This document shows, in pieces, positions 61,071 to 64,000 of a stretch of DNA of 64,000 nucleotides. The notes beneath the pieces were generated by a model. It was not told where the DNA came from. It saw only the letters and a list, made by a program, of their open reading frames with translations, and made no database searches. Within the stretch, counting starts at the first letter, position 1. Each line of letters opens with the position of its first letter. This DNA comes from an uncultured Phycisphaerales bacterium (GTDB lineage: Bacteria > Planctomycetota > Phycisphaerae > Tepidisphaerales > Tepidisphaeraceae), in assembly GCA_963758525.1 (NCBI GenBank), contig CAVWVQ010000003.1, positions 2,880,001-2,944,000 of the forward strand, read 5' to 3'. A program made the translations under genes and the position numbers.

Positions 61071-61661
61071 TCATTCCACCGGCTCGAGCAGGTCGGCGTC
61101 GATTTCCATCGCCGCCCCTTGCCCCAGCATCTTCACCTGCAGCACCAGACGGGTGGGGCCGTCGCGCTCGATGACCAGCCCTTCGATCCCTTCAAACGGT
61201 CCGTTCCGCACCCGGCAGCGTCGTCCGACCGCTGCAAATGGATACGGATCGAGCACCGCTTTGCGGGCCAGCGCCATCTCCAGCCCGTCCAGTTCGCCGA
61301 GCAATCCTGCCTGGTCATTGGTCTCGATCACCCGGCAAAGGCGATTGGTCGCCAGCGCCGCGTAGCGATCGTCCGCGTCGCCGCAGAAGAAAACGTAAGA
61401 CGGAAACAGCGGCAGCATGACGTGCCGCTTCTTCCCGCCCGATACCTTCACGCGTTCGATCAGCGGCAAAAAATAGCCCGTCCCGCGCCGCAGCAGGTCG
61501 AAGGCAAATGCCTTTTCAAACCGCGCCTTGGTGTGAGCGATCCACCATTGCCCCTTCATTGGCGCAGCGACGGGGTGTTGGGAGGAAGAATTGGGGGGTT
61601 GTCCTGGAGCTTGAGCATTCGGCTGCATCTCGGGTGGCAGGGGAGGGGCGACGCGGCTCAA
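61071..61661 (-). CDS. NusG paralog transcription antiterminator (RfaH/UpxY/LoaP-like)
   Basis: WWIAHTKARFEK, PLFPSYVF (NGN domain); GRRCRVRNGPFEGIEG (KOW). Confidence 0.9.
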   Translation of the reverse strand: MSRVAPPLPPEMQPNAQAPGQPPNSSSQHPVAAPMKGQWWIAHTKARFEKAFAFDLLRRGTGYFLPLIERVKVSGGKKRHVMLPLFPSYVFFCGDADDRYAALATNRLCRVIETNDQAGLLGELDGLEMALARKAVLDPYPFAAVGRRCRVRNGPFEGIEGLVIERDGPTRLVLQVKMLGQGAAMEIDADLLEPVE

Positions 61662-61665
61662 TCGA

Positions 61666-61759
61666 TTTTACTTTTTCACTTTTCATTTGCTCATTTTTCC
61701 TTCCGGACCGCCCGAATGAAAAATGAAAAGTGAAAAATGAAAAGTGAAAAAGTCAAAAA
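61666..61759. repeat. inverted heptamer array (TTTTCAY / RTGAAAA) forming a long AT-rich hairpin
   Basis: TTTTACTTTTTCACTTTTCATTT... paired with ...AAATGAAAAGTGAAAAAGTCAAAA around a GC-rich loop. Confidence 0.85.
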
Positions 61760-61962
61760 CTGATGACGGTTCGTTCTCTTGAATTGTATTCGCACCTCGA
61801 ATGCACCCGGCTCGGCGCGCACTCCGTCCCCGTCGGTGCACCCGGCTCTTCCGAAATCCGCGTCCGCCTTCAGCAAGCGGAGCCGGCAGCCTTGCGGACG
61901 CCGGCCCTCGCCTGGATTCCTGTTGGCAGTTGCGCGGCCTCCGCCGCGCAATCCGCCAGTTG

Positions 61963-64000
61963 TTACTGCATCGCGTCGACGCCCGACGGCGATGGAAGCC
62001 GACGCCGGCTCCTGCTCGAATGTCCGTTGGTGGCTCCGCCGTTCTCCTCCGGCAGGCTCTTGTATGCCTGACCGGCCTGATAGGCGTAGCTTCCGTAGTA
62101 GCCGTATTGCTCTTCCCCGCGCGGCACGTCGTTCACGACCACGCCGAGGAGCCGCGATCCAACACTCATCAGCCCCGCGCGCGCCAGTTCCGCACCCTGG
62201 CGGGTTGTCTTGCCGGCTCGCAGCACCAGGAGCGACAGATCACATACCGCGCCCAGAATCCGCGCGTCGGTCACCGCGATGACCGGCGGGCAGTCCAGCA
62301 CGATGTGGTCATACTTCTGGCTCAGCTCTTCAAGGATTCCGGCAAATGATTCGCCGTTGAGCAGTTCGGATGGATTCAGCGGCAGCGGCCCGGCCGGGAG
62401 CAAATCGAGCCCCTCGACCACGGTGCGGCGGATCGCCTTGGCGAGCGGTTCGTGCCCGGCGAGAACCGCCGTCAGCCCCGACTCGTCTTTCAGTTCAAAC
62501 ATCCGGTGCTGCACCGGCCGGCGGAAGTCCGCGTCGAGCAGAAGCGTCCGCTTGCCCGCCTGCGCCATGCTGATCGCCAGGTTGCTGGCGAGGGTAGATT
62601 TGCCGTCGCCGGGCGTGGGCGAAGTGACGACGATAGTCCGCGCCTGCCCTGCCGGCACTCCAAAATGAACGGCGGTGCGCACCGCGCGATATGCCTCGGA
62701 GACTTCCGACATCGGGTCCCAGTGCACTGCCTGCGCCCGGGCCAGCGGGGTCAGGCCGCGCTTCATATGCGGCACGACGCCGACCACGGGCAAGCCCAGC
62801 AGACTGGCGATCTCTTCCGCGGAGCGAACGCGCTGATCCAGCTTGTCGCGCAACAGCGCGAAGCCGATGCCGCAGCCAAGTCCCATCGCCAGGGTCAGGA
62901 GCAGCACGCGGCTTGGGTCGGGGGTGCGCAATGCGTCGATACCGGTCGCCATCCGCAGAACGCGGATGTTCGGAAGGCCGCCGGCGAGGAACAGAAGATC
63001 CTGTTGCTTGATTTGGGTGTCCAAGGCATCAAGAACTTTGGCGGTGCTGGCCTCGGCGTTCTGGAGCTTCATCAGGTCGCCTTCGGCGTCATTGACCCCG
63101 GCGGCCTCTTTCTCCACGGCGTGGATCTGCTCGTCGATCGCTTTGACTTGCTCTTCTGCCTGCACCTTCGCCTGCTCAAGGCTCCCAAGGAATTCGCCCG
63201 CGAATTTCTTCGCCAGAATCTGGAGCCGGGCCGTCATCTCGGTGACGATCAACTTGTCTCGAACCACCAGCGGATTTTTGTCAGAGTAGGTGCCGGCGTA
63301 GAGCAAAAGGCGCGACTCCGCGTCGCTCAGAAGTTTCTGGGTCTGCGCGATCGCGTCGGTGGTGGATGGTGTTTTGAAGTTCTGGCTGAGCGCAAATTGC
63401 TGCAGCTTGGGCAGATCGTCCCTCATCTGGTCGGCGGTGTTGTAAGCGGCGGTGACTGTCGACTCCTGCAGCACCGCCGTTGTCTTCGCGTCAAAGAGCC
63501 GGGCCAGCTCCGTATTCACAACATTCGGCCCGGTGCCGCTGCTGTTGTTTGCCAGTTCCGGATGCTGCTTGCGGAAGTCGATTTCCGCGTCGCGCTCGCG
63601 GGTCAGCAGGTCTTCGTATTTCTGCTGTTCCTGGCGCAGCACATCGATCAACGCGTGGGAAGTGTCGCCGTGGGTTTTGGTGATGTACTTGATGTAGGAG
63701 TTGACGATCGCATTGACGTCATTGGCAGCATCATCCGCGAGCTTGTCCGTATACGAGAGGCTGATCACGCTGTCCTTCTTCCCGACATCGGCGGCGAGCT
63801 TGAAACTCAGCGTGTTCATCAAATCGTGCAGCTCGTCTTCCGTGCCGTTTGGACGAAGGCTTTTTGCGGCGTCCTGACAGACCGCCGGGGAGGTCATGAT
63901 CGTCACCTGCTGCCAGAGGAACCCGTCGCCGCTGTCCATCGGATTGCTGACCGCGCCGGCCAGACTCGCCGATTGCGGGGGATTGATCGTCAACTGCGAC
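61963..64000 (-). CDS. wzc: polysaccharide co-polymerase / tyrosine autokinase (5' end outside window)
   Basis: Coiled-coil periplasmic region, TM helix, SEAYRAVRT, TSPTPGDGKST, LLDADFRRP, C-terminal Tyr cluster YGYYGSYAY. Confidence 0.9.
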   Translation of the reverse strand, partial: SQLTINPPQSASLAGAVSNPMDSGDGFLWQQVTIMTSPAVCQDAAKSLRPNGTEDELHDLMNTLSFKLAADVGKKDSVISLSYTDKLADDAANDVNAIVNSYIKYITKTHGDTSHALIDVLRQEQQKYEDLLTRERDAEIDFRKQHPELANNSSGTGPNVVNTELARLFDAKTTAVLQESTVTAAYNTADQMRDDLPKLQQFALSQNFKTPSTTDAIAQTQKLLSDAESRLLLYAGTYSDKNPLVVRDKLIVTEMTARLQILAKKFAGEFLGSLEQAKVQAEEQVKAIDEQIHAVEKEAAGVNDAEGDLMKLQNAEASTAKVLDALDTQIKQQDLLFLAGGLPNIRVLRMATGIDALRTPDPSRVLLLTLAMGLGCGIGFALLRDKLDQRVRSAEEIASLLGLPVVGVVPHMKRGLTPLARAQAVHWDPMSEVSEAYRAVRTAVHFGVPAGQARTIVVTSPTPGDGKSTLASNLAISMAQAGKRTLLLDADFRRPVQHRMFELKDESGLTAVLAGHEPLAKAIRRTVVEGLDLLPAGPLPLNPSELLNGESFAGILEELSQKYDHIVLDCPPVIAVTDARILGAVCDLSLLVLRAGKTTRQGAELARAGLMSVGSRLLGVVVNDVPRGEEQYGYYGSYAYQAGQAYKSLPEENGGATNGHSSRSRRRLPSPSGVDAMQ

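Overview
GC-rich (~63-66% by eye) bacterial chromosome segment, most likely a planctomycete of the Phycisphaerae/Tepidisphaerales type (inferred from a LEPR-XLL-type N-terminal motif, zinc-ribbon SpoVG, a cytochrome c/beta-propeller pair and the repeat families). About 50 genes are present. They comprise GT-C membrane glycosyltransferases, a low-GC accessory island (5.4-9.7 kb), mbfA, a pentaheme cytochrome c-PA14 protein with a propeller partner, an orphan bufferin-like Cys-rich lipopeptide, a Na+/H+ antiporter, a two-component pair, housekeeping genes (comF-like, lptF/G, ispE, spoVG, ilvB), a type II restriction-modification pair, a DUF1801/ArsR/SRPBCC block, an ABC exporter, and from ~42.7 kb to the end a minus-strand Wzy/Wzc exopolysaccharide locus. 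That locus has its own NusG paralog and a CDP-sugar pathway with two C-methyltransferases and a 2OG-Fe(II) oxygenase. The most unusual part is the island. Removing an IS5-family element in silico restores a 691-aa secreted LEPR-XLL protein with a phage-type lysozyme domain. Next to it, a HEPN gene and an unrecognised partner lie between two ~82% identical ASCH-gene 5' fragments that break at the same codon. Intergenic DNA carries five different heptamer microsatellites, all containing TGA/TCA, and at least four REP-like palindrome families. About a dozen single-base frameshifts, including one in lptF, look like sequencing errors rather than pseudogenes. No rRNA, tRNA or CRISPR array was seen.
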